Virus record (IMG/VR): IMGVR_UViG_3300019373_000007
Span: 32,001-96,000 of that record
Source: a virus
Lineage: Duplodnaviria > Caudoviricetes
Reading direction: 5' to 3' (one strand)
DNA: 64,000 nucleotides
Shown here: positions 49,272 to 58,713 of the stretch, one piece after another
How the letters are laid out: each line of letters opens with the position of its first letter
How positions within the stretch are numbered: position 1 is the stretch's first letter
Notes under the pieces: model-generated
Seen by the model: the letters and a program-made list of their open reading frames with translations, nothing else
Database searches by the model: none
Told to the model about the DNA's origin: nothing
Translations under genes and position numbers: made by a program

Positions 49272-49538
49272 ATGGCACTCATTCCTAGAGATAAACTAAC
49301 GGAGCTAGTAACTGCTGAACAAGCCAAGAGCACAGCTCAAAGTTCCGCAGCAGATATCCAGCTGCAAGCAGTTGCATACGCAATCAACTGTGCAGCTAAT
49401 ACAGGCGAGACGCGCACAGAGTTCAAAGAGACTATGCTTCCGGAAACAGAATCCGCTCTCGAAGCAAAGGGCTATAAAGTGCAATTCATCGGACAGGCAG
49501 TTGCAACGGATATCGCTCTTATTTCATGGAGTGAGTAA
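49272..49538 (+). CDS. hypothetical protein
   Basis: GGAGG RBS before ATG 49272. Confidence 0.65.
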   Translation: MALIPRDKLTELVTAEQAKSTAQSSAADIQLQAVAYAINCAANTGETRTEFKETMLPETESALEAKGYKVQFIGQAVATDIALISWSE

Positions 49539-49940
49539 ATGGAACTCAATGAGCTGAGAATTGATGCATGTCCGTATCGTGAAATAGGGAAACACACGCC
49601 TGTCCTCAATCATGATGAGATTCCTTATCACTTATTCGTCATGCTGAATCCTGAGATGACTCGAGATTGCACAATGTATGAAGTGCACGAGCTCGACAAA
49701 GAAGATAGCCCAATTATCTTCCCTGACACATTCATGCGAGTGTCTCCTACATGGATCCGTGTAATCACAGATCATCTTAACAAGAAGGTAGGGCAACACA
49801 TTTACCGAATGGCCTTTGTAGACAAGATCACAACAGACACATTCTTCCTGTATTTCTCTTATATCATTCAGGACGATAATCCAGATAAGCCTTACATCTA
49901 TATGAACAGAGAGAAGCCGAATAACGACTTAGAGGAGTAG
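49539..49940 (+). CDS. hypothetical protein
   Basis: ORF track. Confidence 0.7.
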   Translation: MELNELRIDACPYREIGKHTPVLNHDEIPYHLFVMLNPEMTRDCTMYEVHELDKEDSPIIFPDTFMRVSPTWIRVITDHLNKKVGQHIYRMAFVDKITTDTFFLYFSYIIQDDNPDKPYIYMNREKPNNDLEE

Positions 49941-49942
49941 TT

Positions 49943-50665
49943 ATGATAACACAAGTAATATTTGCAAGCAAAGTGTATAAGACAAGTAGACGGAAACAAG
50001 CTATTCAGTCCGCATTGATGCTTCCGAATAATGAAGGACTTGTTCAGCAGCTAGCTGACGCGCTAGACGAGGAATACAGACCACTTGCTCAAGATCCTAA
50101 TGATCCAACTACACAGAAAGCTGATGAAGCAAAAGATCCATTGGATCCAGGCTTAGATGATGATTTCGACGTAGAAAGCAATCTGGTACATGTAAGTGAT
50201 AATCCAGGAGGAAGCGGCCCATTAGGCCCGAAGCCGTCTGCTGATGACATAGACGTAGATGGTCCAGATGGTGATGGTCCTGATATGGAGGATAAGCCAG
50301 ATGGCGATGAACCTGATGTAGAGGAGGGAGTAGACGATAGTGCTCCAGAAGAGCCTGTAGAAGAGTCAACTAAGATCAATGCTTGCTGCGACTTAGACGT
50401 GTCCCTCATCAAAGGCACACTCAACGCTAATGCAGATACAGCAGGTGTCGCTCGAATCGTTACAAAAGAAAAGGAATTATGGATCTACTACAACGACGAC
50501 ATCAACATGAACGATGTGATGATTGACGTAGTTGATTACCTGAATGCATCTGGTCAAACTAATCTCGAATTCAACAGATTAGCACGATCAGACAACGCAA
50601 TGGTATTCATCATAAATGAGCAGAAACAAGAAATCAAGCCGAATGAGGCTGAGGAGGAAAGCTAA
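49943..50665 (+). CDS. acidic low-complexity protein (possible virion internal or scaffold-like)
   Basis: D/E/P-rich middle flanked by VIFAS and KINAC motifs. Confidence 0.65.
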   Translation: MITQVIFASKVYKTSRRKQAIQSALMLPNNEGLVQQLADALDEEYRPLAQDPNDPTTQKADEAKDPLDPGLDDDFDVESNLVHVSDNPGGSGPLGPKPSADDIDVDGPDGDGPDMEDKPDGDEPDVEEGVDDSAPEEPVEESTKINACCDLDVSLIKGTLNANADTAGVARIVTKEKELWIYYNDDINMNDVMIDVVDYLNASGQTNLEFNRLARSDNAMVFIINEQKQEIKPNEAEEES

Positions 50666-50958
50666 TGAACTATGACGTATTAGTATCATTTGCAGGATAT
50701 GTAGGTTCAGAGCAACTGTATTCAGTAGATGCAAATGACGAGGACGAAGCTATCGATCTTGCAATAGATGAGGCCGCAGACGACCTTTCTTCAGAGGAAA
50801 CAATCAACCAAGGAGATGGCGAATGGCTAGTCGAGATCAACTTCGCTGGATTAGCAGGCATTACAGAGTCATACGAAGTATACGGACCTAGTGAGGACGA
50901 CGCTATTGAAGCTGCCCTCGAGTTAGCAAAGGACGATCTTTCAGGGGAGATAAACTAA
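50665..50958 (+). CDS. very acidic protein made of two internal repeats
   Basis: FAG..G....Y.V....ED.AI..A...A.DDLS occurs twice. Confidence 0.7.
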   Translation: MNYDVLVSFAGYVGSEQLYSVDANDEDEAIDLAIDEAADDLSSEETINQGDGEWLVEINFAGLAGITESYEVYGPSEDDAIEAALELAKDDLSGEIN

Positions 50959-51171
50959 TGAAGAGTAGTTAAAGCAAGCTTCGATAAGTATGCAATCGGA
51001 GGATACACAAAGCAGGTCATCAACGCGCTAGTTAAGCACAACGAGCAGATGAAGTCCCTTCGTGAATTTCAACGTCGTCTGGAACAGTTCGGTATCGACG
51101 ACCTCGACAATGATGAGCTTACAGAAGCATACAACATGTACAATGATATACTAACATCTACGGAGGTATAG
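50958..51171 (+). pseudogene. MKR-leader gene with frameshift in the leader
   Basis: ATGAAGAGTAGTTAAAGCAAGC; restoring one AG gives MKRVVKASFDKYAIGG... open to TAG 51171. Confidence 0.65.
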
Positions 51172-51173
51172 TT

Positions 51174-51521
51174 TTGAAGAGAGTAATCAAAGCTTCACAA
51201 GTAGAGGCAGCAGATACGTACAAAGGATATGAAGACATCAACGAGTATGCACGCAATACTGCACGCGACGATATAGAATTCGAGATTCCGCAGATTTGGT
51301 CAATTCAATTCTTCGGAGATAAGAACTACATGATAAGTGACTGTGAAGTCCACGTCATGGCTCGCACATATGCAGAAGCAGAGAAGCAAGCTAAGTTCCT
51401 CTGCAGAGTATGGGATTACGACTTCGACAAGTGCACAATTCAGTACGCTTATCTACCTAGATCCTGGTGGAATAACCACGAAGTGAAGTTAGAAGGCTTC
51501 GTGCAATACGTAGAGGAATAA
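51174..51521 (+). CDS. MKR-leader protein
   Basis: TTG start, MKRVIKASQVEAA. Confidence 0.75.
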   Translation: MKRVIKASQVEAADTYKGYEDINEYARNTARDDIEFEIPQIWSIQFFGDKNYMISDCEVHVMARTYAEAEKQAKFLCRVWDYDFDKCTIQYAYLPRSWWNNHEVKLEGFVQYVEE

Positions 51522-51524
51522 CAT

Positions 51525-51887
51525 ATGAAGCGATACATCAGAAGTTCAAGTGCAGAGTTTACAACATTAGCCGAAGCTAAGCAGATCATAGATTCTATTA
51601 ACATGACCGAAGGACGTCGCAAAGCACTCTACGACATACAGGAGTGGAATGTCAGCCCTGATGACGTCGCTAGACTTGCAGGTAAGTATTCAAGCGGAGC
51701 AATGAGATTCACAGGTTCAGTTCCTGTAGTATCAGTTTCGTACGGTGAAAGCGATAAAGTAGACACTGCATTTATCTTAGAATACGAGGACGGGACTCGA
51801 CGCATGTATGGATGGAAACGCTCTTCTATAGATCCTCAGATAGATGATGGCGTATTTTGTTATTGGGCATACGTCAAGCGAGTTTAA
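51525..51887 (+). CDS. MKR-leader protein
   Basis: MKRYIRSSS. Confidence 0.75.
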   Translation: MKRYIRSSSAEFTTLAEAKQIIDSINMTEGRRKALYDIQEWNVSPDDVARLAGKYSSGAMRFTGSVPVVSVSYGESDKVDTAFILEYEDGTRRMYGWKRSSIDPQIDDGVFCYWAYVKRV

Positions 51888-51901
51888 GGAGACAATTTAT
51901 T

Positions 51902-52225
51902 ATGAAACGAGTAATCAAAGCAAGTTCATCCTCAGCCAAGTCAACATACAGCAGAATACTAGATGCTGTAAGCAAGTTAGACGACCCTAAGGAACCATGG
52001 ACTGACTCAATGGCATTCATCGATGGCCTAGCACGGGACGAGCAAATTGGATTGCATATTTATCATTATGATGACGACTATCAAGCTGTCATTGACTTAG
52101 ATGATGGATCCAGAATCAATTCACCCCGTGTCGGTACTTTTGAAGAAGCTAAGGATGCATTCGGTGAATTAGCTCAGCGATACACACGACAGGCATCTAA
52201 GCAAGGCGACCTTAAGGAGGAGTAG
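51902..52225 (+). CDS. MKR-leader protein
   Basis: MKRVIKASSSS; AAGGAG RBS. Confidence 0.75.
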   Translation: MKRVIKASSSSAKSTYSRILDAVSKLDDPKEPWTDSMAFIDGLARDEQIGLHIYHYDDDYQAVIDLDDGSRINSPRVGTFEEAKDAFGELAQRYTRQASKQGDLKEE

Positions 52226-52228
52226 AAG

Positions 52229-52729
52229 ATGAAGCGAGTAATCAAAGCAAGCGATTCCGAAAAGAAGGGATACGAGTATAGAGGATTCTACATTCACGAG
52301 ACTACCTTCGGATACGATGTATGGCTCAAGGGTAGAAAGGTCTTAGATGATGAATACGCAACTAAAGATGAAGCAGAAGCTGCTGTAGATGAAGTAGTAA
52401 GAGATGAAAATGTAGAATCCGCTACTTCCATTACAGCTCACTTCGCTGCTCCACCTTTCGAGACAAAATACAGTGTTCATTGGATAAGCCCAGAAGGCAA
52501 AGATTGCACATTGGCTGGATCCGATTCTATTGAGGACGTACAGAGCCAAGCAAAGAATCAAGCACGTCAGATTTACAACAGTGCATTTGAAACAGATGAG
52601 CGTAAGATTCACTTCTTAGAGAACATCTACATTGTAGAAGATGAGACCGAGCGTGATGCAATGCTCACTGATACGGAGGACTACATCAATCGACTCATCT
52701 CAAAGATTGAGAGTAGATCTGAGAAATAA
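52229..52729 (+). CDS. MKR-leader protein, apparently two domains joined by VESATSITAH
   Basis: MKRVIKASD. Confidence 0.75.
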   Translation: MKRVIKASDSEKKGYEYRGFYIHETTFGYDVWLKGRKVLDDEYATKDEAEAAVDEVVRDENVESATSITAHFAAPPFETKYSVHWISPEGKDCTLAGSDSIEDVQSQAKNQARQIYNSAFETDERKIHFLENIYIVEDETERDAMLTDTEDYINRLISKIESRSEK

Positions 52730-52747
52730 ACCAGGAGGATAATAAGT

Positions 52748-53131
52748 ATGATTGAATACGCAGGAGACGTTACTCCTAGAGATGTAGCAGATGCTGTAGA
52801 AAGCATGCTATCCAGCAGACGCGCAATCATGGATTCGGGATGTGAAGTAAATGTAACAGTAGGCGATGACATGATTCCACATTTGACTGTGATTGCTCCT
52901 AGGAGTGCACACATGCGTGTGCGCATGGAGACAAGCGACGTCGTTAGCCGAGACGGAATGGAGGGATATGAATTCATTCCTACACTCGAGAGACTCGACC
53001 CTAACGAAATAACAATGCATGAATACGACGCAGTAGATATTCGACGGTTCTATGCAGCTCAAGCTAAAGTAGTAGATGCCCTATATGACATCTACAATCA
53101 GGAGTTCTATCCAGAGCAGTATTTTGATTGA
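52748..53131 (+). CDS. hypothetical protein
   Basis: ORF with RBS; internal VESM motif. Confidence 0.7.
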   Translation: MIEYAGDVTPRDVADAVESMLSSRRAIMDSGCEVNVTVGDDMIPHLTVIAPRSAHMRVRMETSDVVSRDGMEGYEFIPTLERLDPNEITMHEYDAVDIRRFYAAQAKVVDALYDIYNQEFYPEQYFD

Positions 53132-53147
53132 TAAGAGAGGTTGACAC

Positions 53148-53552
53148 ATGAAGAAAGTAGTAGCAGCTCATCTACAAACCGGCAAGCCTGCTGGATACTA
53201 TACATTGGAAGAAGCTATTGACAATCTGCCTGATAGAGATTTCTGGAAGGTATGGAATGCTGCAGCCGATTTCGCACAAGCATCTAATTCTAAATACGTA
53301 TTTCCGAAAGTTTATCCGATGCATCGACTTAACTCTGAATATGAATCACTTGAGCCACTTCAGATACTGGCCTTGACTTCTCACGGACGTTTTCGGACAA
53401 GTGACAAGTACTTCTATGAAGATTATAGCGGATTGCATTCTTTCAACAATGTTGATAGTCATGATTACCCTAGTGTAGATTATGACGAGCTCATCCCAAC
53501 TATCTTGAAGATGAAACGGACAGGTGTCAAATCCATTGATGCTATCTTATAA
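53148..53552 (+). CDS. MKR-like leader protein; related to 55487..55894
   Basis: MKKVVAAH; shared V(Y/F)PM...F...D.Y pattern. Confidence 0.7.
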   Translation: MKKVVAAHLQTGKPAGYYTLEEAIDNLPDRDFWKVWNAAADFAQASNSKYVFPKVYPMHRLNSEYESLEPLQILALTSHGRFRTSDKYFYEDYSGLHSFNNVDSHDYPSVDYDELIPTILKMKRTGVKSIDAIL

Positions 53553-53566
53553 GGAGTGATTGACTA

Positions 53567-53920
53567 ATGAAGAGAAAACTATCTGAATCAGCAATTAAAG
53601 CATCTCAATCAACAGGTAAGGTATCGCTCTATGTAGAGTGGATATCAGGAGACGAGATGGCTAAGGGAAACTTAGTTGTACGCAGCGCTTCTATCGAGCG
53701 TCCTACACTCCTGGAGGCGTTAATGGTTATGCTCAACACAGTAGAGGTTCCAGAAGTTCCTGCTCCTGAAGACGTTAAGGAGATGGATCCATACGACATC
53801 ATTGATCACATTCAATACTACAATGGCTCAGACATTACATGTGATGCAATCATTGTGCTAAAGAACATATCCGACGGCTCTGAGTATATTGACAATAAAC
53901 TCCCTGCGGAGCGTCTGTAG
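53567..53920 (+). CDS. MKR-leader protein
   Basis: MKRKLSESAIKAS. Confidence 0.7.
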   Translation: MKRKLSESAIKASQSTGKVSLYVEWISGDEMAKGNLVVRSASIERPTLLEALMVMLNTVEVPEVPAPEDVKEMDPYDIIDHIQYYNGSDITCDAIIVLKNISDGSEYIDNKLPAERL

Positions 53921-53946
53921 GTGGTACTATCTATAGGAGGATTATT

Positions 53947-54324
53947 ATGAAACGTTACATTAGATCTAACATCGATGACTTCGACGAGTATGACGAATAC
54001 GACGAAGGCTCTGCAAGCGAGATATACAATCAGCTATGTGAGGAGCATAACTTCTTCGACATAGAAAATGCAGTAGCTGATGAGTTAGGTGTTTACTTAG
54101 ATTTCTCAAGTGTCCGTGGTGACGAGGGAGAAGTATTCATCTTTTCAGATGAAGATCATGAAAACTCCGATTCAGATATGTGGATGGGAGACGATGATGC
54201 ACTCATCACAAAGGTATCATTCAGCGACTATGTAGATGGAGTTAAGGAAGCAACTTCCGGTGATGAAGGACAGTGGGAACAGAAGTATAGATCATACTTA
54301 GAGGGGCTCATTGAAGGAGAATAG
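53947..54324 (+). CDS. very acidic MKR-leader protein
   Basis: MKRYIRSN. Confidence 0.75.
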   Translation: MKRYIRSNIDDFDEYDEYDEGSASEIYNQLCEEHNFFDIENAVADELGVYLDFSSVRGDEGEVFIFSDEDHENSDSDMWMGDDDALITKVSFSDYVDGVKEATSGDEGQWEQKYRSYLEGLIEGE

Positions 54325-54326
54325 AT

Positions 54327-54752
54327 ATGAAACGAGTAATCACAGCTAGTGCTGAAATTAAGCCGTGGTCAGCTTCGGAAGAGAAGAGATCTAGAGCGAT
54401 ATCCGATAAGATCAACTCTAAGCTATTCGCAGGAGACGAATTCGAGGAATTCTACGAAACAGACGGAGATGACAATCCAGTAGCTACTTTCAACTTAAGC
54501 ATACCAGGAAGAGCAGACACAGAGATATCTATCTACAGAGAGTATCTTGTTTACGCTCAGAATTGGGATGAAAACGACATTAGAGTCAAGCAAGGCAAGC
54601 GTGTACCTGGAACAACATATTTCTCAGTAGCCGATAACGGAGACGTAATCGACGAAAACTTCGTGGGCTACGCTACAAAAGAAGATGCAATCCACGCAGC
54701 AGAGATCTACATGGATGAATTACGTCGTAGATTTGAGAAATACAATCACTAA
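54327..54752 (+). CDS. MKR-leader protein
   Basis: MKRVITASA. Confidence 0.75.
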   Translation: MKRVITASAEIKPWSASEEKRSRAISDKINSKLFAGDEFEEFYETDGDDNPVATFNLSIPGRADTEISIYREYLVYAQNWDENDIRVKQGKRVPGTTYFSVADNGDVIDENFVGYATKEDAIHAAEIYMDELRRRFEKYNH

Positions 54753-54798
54753 GTTAGCTACAAGCCATGCGCCGGCTTTCTTGCTATAATTTCCTGCC

Positions 54799-54830
54799 AG
54801 TAAAGGTCGTCAGAAATGGCGACTTTTACT
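54799..54830 (+). terminator. intrinsic terminator
   Basis: AGTAAAGGTCGTCA-GAAA-TGGCGACTTTTACT. Confidence 0.65.
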
Positions 54831-54867
54831 ATGTCGAATCGTTATAGTATCTAACAGGAGGTTTATC

Positions 54868-55236
54868 ATGGAGAAGGGAATAGAAATTGCAAGCAATATT
54901 CAGAAAACAGCCGATATCCTAGAATCTGCATTAAAGGGAGGTCAAACAAACGACTTCAACAGCACTGAGATTGATGCTATGGAGAAGGCTGTCGCTATTC
55001 TGCGCAGCATTCGTAAAGTGTACTGCAAAGAAGACAAAGATGAAGAGTTCCCGCTAGAATCATATCCAAGTGTACTTCCTACGCTAGAAGGATTGCATGA
55101 CCTGATAGAGTCTAAGGGCTATGTATTCATATCATGCTACGGAAAAGCTGGATCCACTAAATCAGCGTCGATGTGCTACATGCTAGAAGACGCAAACACA
55201 ATCAACGAGCTCTATAAAACGAAAGGAGACGAGTAG
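54868..55236 (+). CDS. hypothetical protein
   Basis: ORF with AATCGTTAT motif and RBS. Confidence 0.7.
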   Translation: MEKGIEIASNIQKTADILESALKGGQTNDFNSTEIDAMEKAVAILRSIRKVYCKEDKDEEFPLESYPSVLPTLEGLHDLIESKGYVFISCYGKAGSTKSASMCYMLEDANTINELYKTKGDE

Positions 55237-55401
55237 ATGTATCAATGTTTTCATTGTGGACACAACACAGTCATATGGGATTCTGATTTCGACTTCGACG
55301 ATTTCGGATATGAAGGCGAAGGGCTTGTCCATCAGCTACACTGCACTAACTGCGGAGCGGAGATTGAATACAAAATTCCAGACAAACAAGATGAAGAGTA
55401 A
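55237..55401 (+). CDS. small zinc-ribbon protein (54 aa, missed by ORF track)
   Basis: MYQCFHCG...VIWDSDFD...LHCTNCGAEIEY; AAGGAG RBS. Confidence 0.7.
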   Translation: MYQCFHCGHNTVIWDSDFDFDDFGYEGEGLVHQLHCTNCGAEIEYKIPDKQDEE

Positions 55402-55404
55402 CAT

Positions 55405-55440
55405 CGAGCCTGCTAGTTGTTCACTGGCGGGCTTGTTTTA
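55405..55440 (+). terminator. intrinsic terminator
   Basis: GAGCCTGCTAGT-loop-ACTGGCGGGCTT followed by GTTTT. Confidence 0.6.
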
Positions 55441-55486
55441 TGATACAACCTTCAATATCACTATATAGAATCACTATCATAGGAGG

Positions 55487-55894
55487 ATGATTATGAAAAG
55501 AGTAGTAGCTAACGCTATAGATGAAGACCGCGAAGCTAAGCGGATCGCAATTCGCTCTGTATTAGAGAATATGAGCAACGAAGACCTAAGACAGTTCTTC
55601 AATTACATGTGCTATGAGTTCCTGGATGATACTATGACGCAGGTATTTCCGATGACAGATTTTGATGGGCACATGGACATGGCAGAATATTCATATCTCG
55701 ACGTAGCTCAGCTTGGTGCTGATTCTTCACATTTCAGCTCCGAAGATGCTTACTGCCGAATCATGGACGGAGAGCTCCTTAGCGCAGCAAATGTATCTGA
55801 ATTAGTTGATATTGATCAGATAGCAAACACCATCATTGCGCATCCGGGCGAAGATTACGACGACGATGACATCAACGAAATTCTAGGCCACTAG
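55487..55894 (+). CDS. MKR-leader protein
   Basis: (MI)MKRVVANA; ACCTTCAATA upstream. Confidence 0.75.
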   Translation: MIMKRVVANAIDEDREAKRIAIRSVLENMSNEDLRQFFNYMCYEFLDDTMTQVFPMTDFDGHMDMAEYSYLDVAQLGADSSHFSSEDAYCRIMDGELLSAANVSELVDIDQIANTIIAHPGEDYDDDDINEILGH

Positions 55895-55903
55895 GAGGCA
55901 CAT

Positions 55904-56926
55904 ATGAAACGAGTAATCAGCCAATCTGTCCTAGCACAAGGCTGCGAGGTATGCGACCTTACATACAAAGATGTCCTTCAGATGCTGAAACGCGCACTTG
56001 CACGTAATGATGCTGAAACAGTCCGGAAGTTACAGAGGTCTCAATACTACGACGACGCTGTAGAGACTATTCAGTATGCGATGCAAGGAAAGCGGATCCA
56101 TGCTGCTACAATACTCGCAAGCGAAACAAGTGATGTATTTGATGTAACCACTACAGGCGCATCTTATTATGACAACTTCCTGAATGAGAAAGACCTGAAG
56201 TACATGCAGGATGCTAAGAACATGACCGGCTCTATTGAGATGATCACACCTGCCGAGTATTACAAGACGTGCTCTGAGGACATATTCGACGGTAGATCTA
56301 GTGTAGATGACCTGAAGGAGCAGCGTGAGTATTCAAAAGATCCAGATACAGGTGAGCGTCTTGTAGACGAGTATGAAGCAGCTATGAAGCAGGGAGACAA
56401 GTTCCCATTGTGCTATCTCAACTATGCGAGCAGCAACCAGGAAGGTCTGCATCGCATGTATGCTGCCGGCGAAGCCTTTGGTTGGGACGTCAAATTTCCA
56501 GTGTTAGTTATTCGACCATATGATATGGACCGATATAATAAACAACGTCAGAATGAGGCGATCAACGACTATCAACGGTATTCTCTTGAAAACGTTGTAA
56601 AGGATGCAGTAGATGAAGTATCTGATTGGGATGCACCTGTTCCAGATAACGTAGTTGAGATTGTGAAAGAAGCTGTCGAGAGATGCGCTGAGTCTTATGA
56701 GGATGATCCGCATACAATCGAAGTAGACGTCGAGCGTGAAGACGAGGATCACTTGAATGTATGCTTAACTAAGTTCGATGGAATTGACGTTGAGCTCTGT
56801 CGTCCGATATCGTTATGGCTAGATGACATGTATAAGACTACAGAAGACACAGAAGGTCCTGACGACTTAGATGACATTGATGATAACCTCGATGACCTAG
56901 ACATCAGCGACTTGTTGTTCTTATAG
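55904..56926 (+). CDS. MKR-leader protein with ParB/Srx-like domain
   Basis: MKRVISQSVLA; Y...M..GDKFP..L...QEGLHR..AA...PVLVI. Confidence 0.6.
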   Translation: MKRVISQSVLAQGCEVCDLTYKDVLQMLKRALARNDAETVRKLQRSQYYDDAVETIQYAMQGKRIHAATILASETSDVFDVTTTGASYYDNFLNEKDLKYMQDAKNMTGSIEMITPAEYYKTCSEDIFDGRSSVDDLKEQREYSKDPDTGERLVDEYEAAMKQGDKFPLCYLNYASSNQEGLHRMYAAGEAFGWDVKFPVLVIRPYDMDRYNKQRQNEAINDYQRYSLENVVKDAVDEVSDWDAPVPDNVVEIVKEAVERCAESYEDDPHTIEVDVEREDEDHLNVCLTKFDGIDVELCRPISLWLDDMYKTTEDTEGPDDLDDIDDNLDDLDISDLLFL

Positions 56927-56934
56927 GAGGACAT

Positions 56935-57264
56935 ATGAAGCGAGTAATTAAGAGTGCAGAAAGCACAGGTGTTGATCTTTCATTTGTGTTCGACGGCAAG
57001 ACATACTACTTACCTCGGTGGTGTGAGTTCTGGCCTGCAGATGAGGTAGAAAAGGCTAAGCAGTCTGCAATTGATGGAATGAAGGCGCGCCGCGCTAAAT
57101 ACAGCGATGATGATTCAGTAGTTCCTAGCGAAAATGAAGAAGACATTGTCCGCAAGTTGAAAGAAGCTGGATACACTCGGAGCGAGATAGATTCAATCAT
57201 CTACGACATCTCACGAGGGATGACATTAGACGCAGCTATGCAGAATATTAGGGAGGGCTTCTAG
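56935..57264 (+). CDS. MKR-leader protein
   Basis: MKRVIKSA. Confidence 0.75.
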   Translation: MKRVIKSAESTGVDLSFVFDGKTYYLPRWCEFWPADEVEKAKQSAIDGMKARRAKYSDDDSVVPSENEEDIVRKLKEAGYTRSEIDSIIYDISRGMTLDAAMQNIREGF

Positions 57265-57266
57265 CA

Positions 57267-57560
57267 ATGAAGAGAGTAATAAAAGCTTCACAGACAAAGA
57301 TCGAGCCGAACGGAAAAATCCAAGTAGGTATGTGGTGGAGTGTTGACGGTCATCACATGGAGATAACATCTGTAGACGGGGATACTTGTACGCTAACAGA
57401 GGATTGGATTGCAGAAGATAGCGGAAAGGACTGTAGTGAGTCTGACACCTACGGAATAGGCAAAGACGAAGATGGCGTAGAGTATGCATATGCACTCGAC
57501 TATCCAAAGTTCAAGCTGTATTCTACATCTGCTTTCAATTATCCTTACGACTCTTTCTAA
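57267..57560 (+). CDS. MKR-leader protein
   Basis: MKRVIKASQ. Confidence 0.75.
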   Translation: MKRVIKASQTKIEPNGKIQVGMWWSVDGHHMEITSVDGDTCTLTEDWIAEDSGKDCSESDTYGIGKDEDGVEYAYALDYPKFKLYSTSAFNYPYDSF

Positions 57561-57595
57561 AGATCGTTATGTAAGCATCACAGGAGGAAGATAGG

Positions 57596-58141
57596 ATGAA
57601 AACACTTGTTCTTAAACTTGATATCTTGCTTGAGATAGACGAAGTTCCTGTAGCTGCTGCATCAATGGGGAGTGAACCCGAAAACGTACCTGAAGAAATG
57701 AATCAGCTCAATGCAGCTGTAGATAATTTGCTGAAAAGCATGGGCTTTTGTCTGATTGGTCAATACAGCGATAATCCGAGTACACGAAACGGAGGATGGG
57801 CATTCTATAATTCTTACATCATGGTAGACGGGGATAATAAGATCAAGTTAATCGTGGCCATGCGGACTGCTGATCATGCATCTAAGCCGAATATAGCTAG
57901 AAAGAACATCAATCGTATGAAGGGTGAAGTAGATGTCGAATTACGCAACAAGCTTGCTAAAGAAAGATACAATCTTAATAAAGATGACGTAGAGCTGGTC
58001 GATGCCTACTACAAGAAGAATAAGTTGTCAGTAAAGTATTACCTAGGTAAGGGTGATAAGTACGGAGAACCTGTCGATTCTTTAGATAAGTTTATCAGTT
58101 ATCTGAAGGAACGAATTCTTCGCTTGATTAAGAAGCATTAG
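57596..58141 (+). CDS. hypothetical protein; distant paralog of 16779..17294
   Basis: PVAAAS, MRTADH. Confidence 0.7.
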   Translation: MKTLVLKLDILLEIDEVPVAAASMGSEPENVPEEMNQLNAAVDNLLKSMGFCLIGQYSDNPSTRNGGWAFYNSYIMVDGDNKIKLIVAMRTADHASKPNIARKNINRMKGEVDVELRNKLAKERYNLNKDDVELVDAYYKKNKLSVKYYLGKGDKYGEPVDSLDKFISYLKERILRLIKKH

Positions 58142-58153
58142 TGAGGTTACCCT

Positions 58154-58429
58154 ATGAAAAGAATACTAACTACTTCAAAGCAACGTGCAGCACGTCTTAT
58201 AGAAAGGTTTCCAAAAGAAGCAGTTGATCTTGTGAGAGAGTACAAGGATGAAATAGAAAACTTATCTGTTTATCACTTCGACGGGTATAGTTGGGTCAAA
58301 GAAAGCGGAGAAGATGAAATGGATTCAATTGAAGCTTGTTACGTCCGCGAGGGACAAGATGAAGGATTGCTAAATGGATACGAAGATCTAGAGATGATTT
58401 ACGAGGCACTCTGTACATTGGAGGATTAA
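58154..58429 (+). CDS. MKR-leader protein
   Basis: MKRILTTS. Confidence 0.7.
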   Translation: MKRILTTSKQRAARLIERFPKEAVDLVREYKDEIENLSVYHFDGYSWVKESGEDEMDSIEACYVREGQDEGLLNGYEDLEMIYEALCTLED

Positions 58430-58430
58430 C

Positions 58431-58712
58431 ATGAAACGCATTATCAAAGCTAGCGAAGATCTGCTGAAACGTGAGTTTCAGCTAGGCGCAAGATACAAAC
58501 TTTATCGCAAAGATGGGTCAGATGCAGTCCGCACCTTCCGAGTAATCAACTTGTCACAGAAGAATAAGGCGATTAAAGTCAAAGGTGGAATCAACGGCAT
58601 ATTCAAGATCAAGGATTCTAATAAAGGAGACGAGCAGATACTGCTCCTAGGAATGGGAGATCGCAACTACCTTAGCCCATCTTCTAAGGACATTATTATA
58701 GAGGAGGGATAA
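58431..58712 (+). CDS. MKR-leader protein (basic)
   Basis: MKRIIKASE. Confidence 0.75.
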   Translation: MKRIIKASEDLLKREFQLGARYKLYRKDGSDAVRTFRVINLSQKNKAIKVKGGINGIFKIKDSNKGDEQILLLGMGDRNYLSPSSKDIIIEEG

Positions 58713-58713
58713 C

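Noticed and set aside
55256-55468. ORF-track 70 aa protein
   Set aside because: The overlapping 55237..55401 frame has an RBS and a clear zinc-ribbon pattern, and this ORF crosses a terminator
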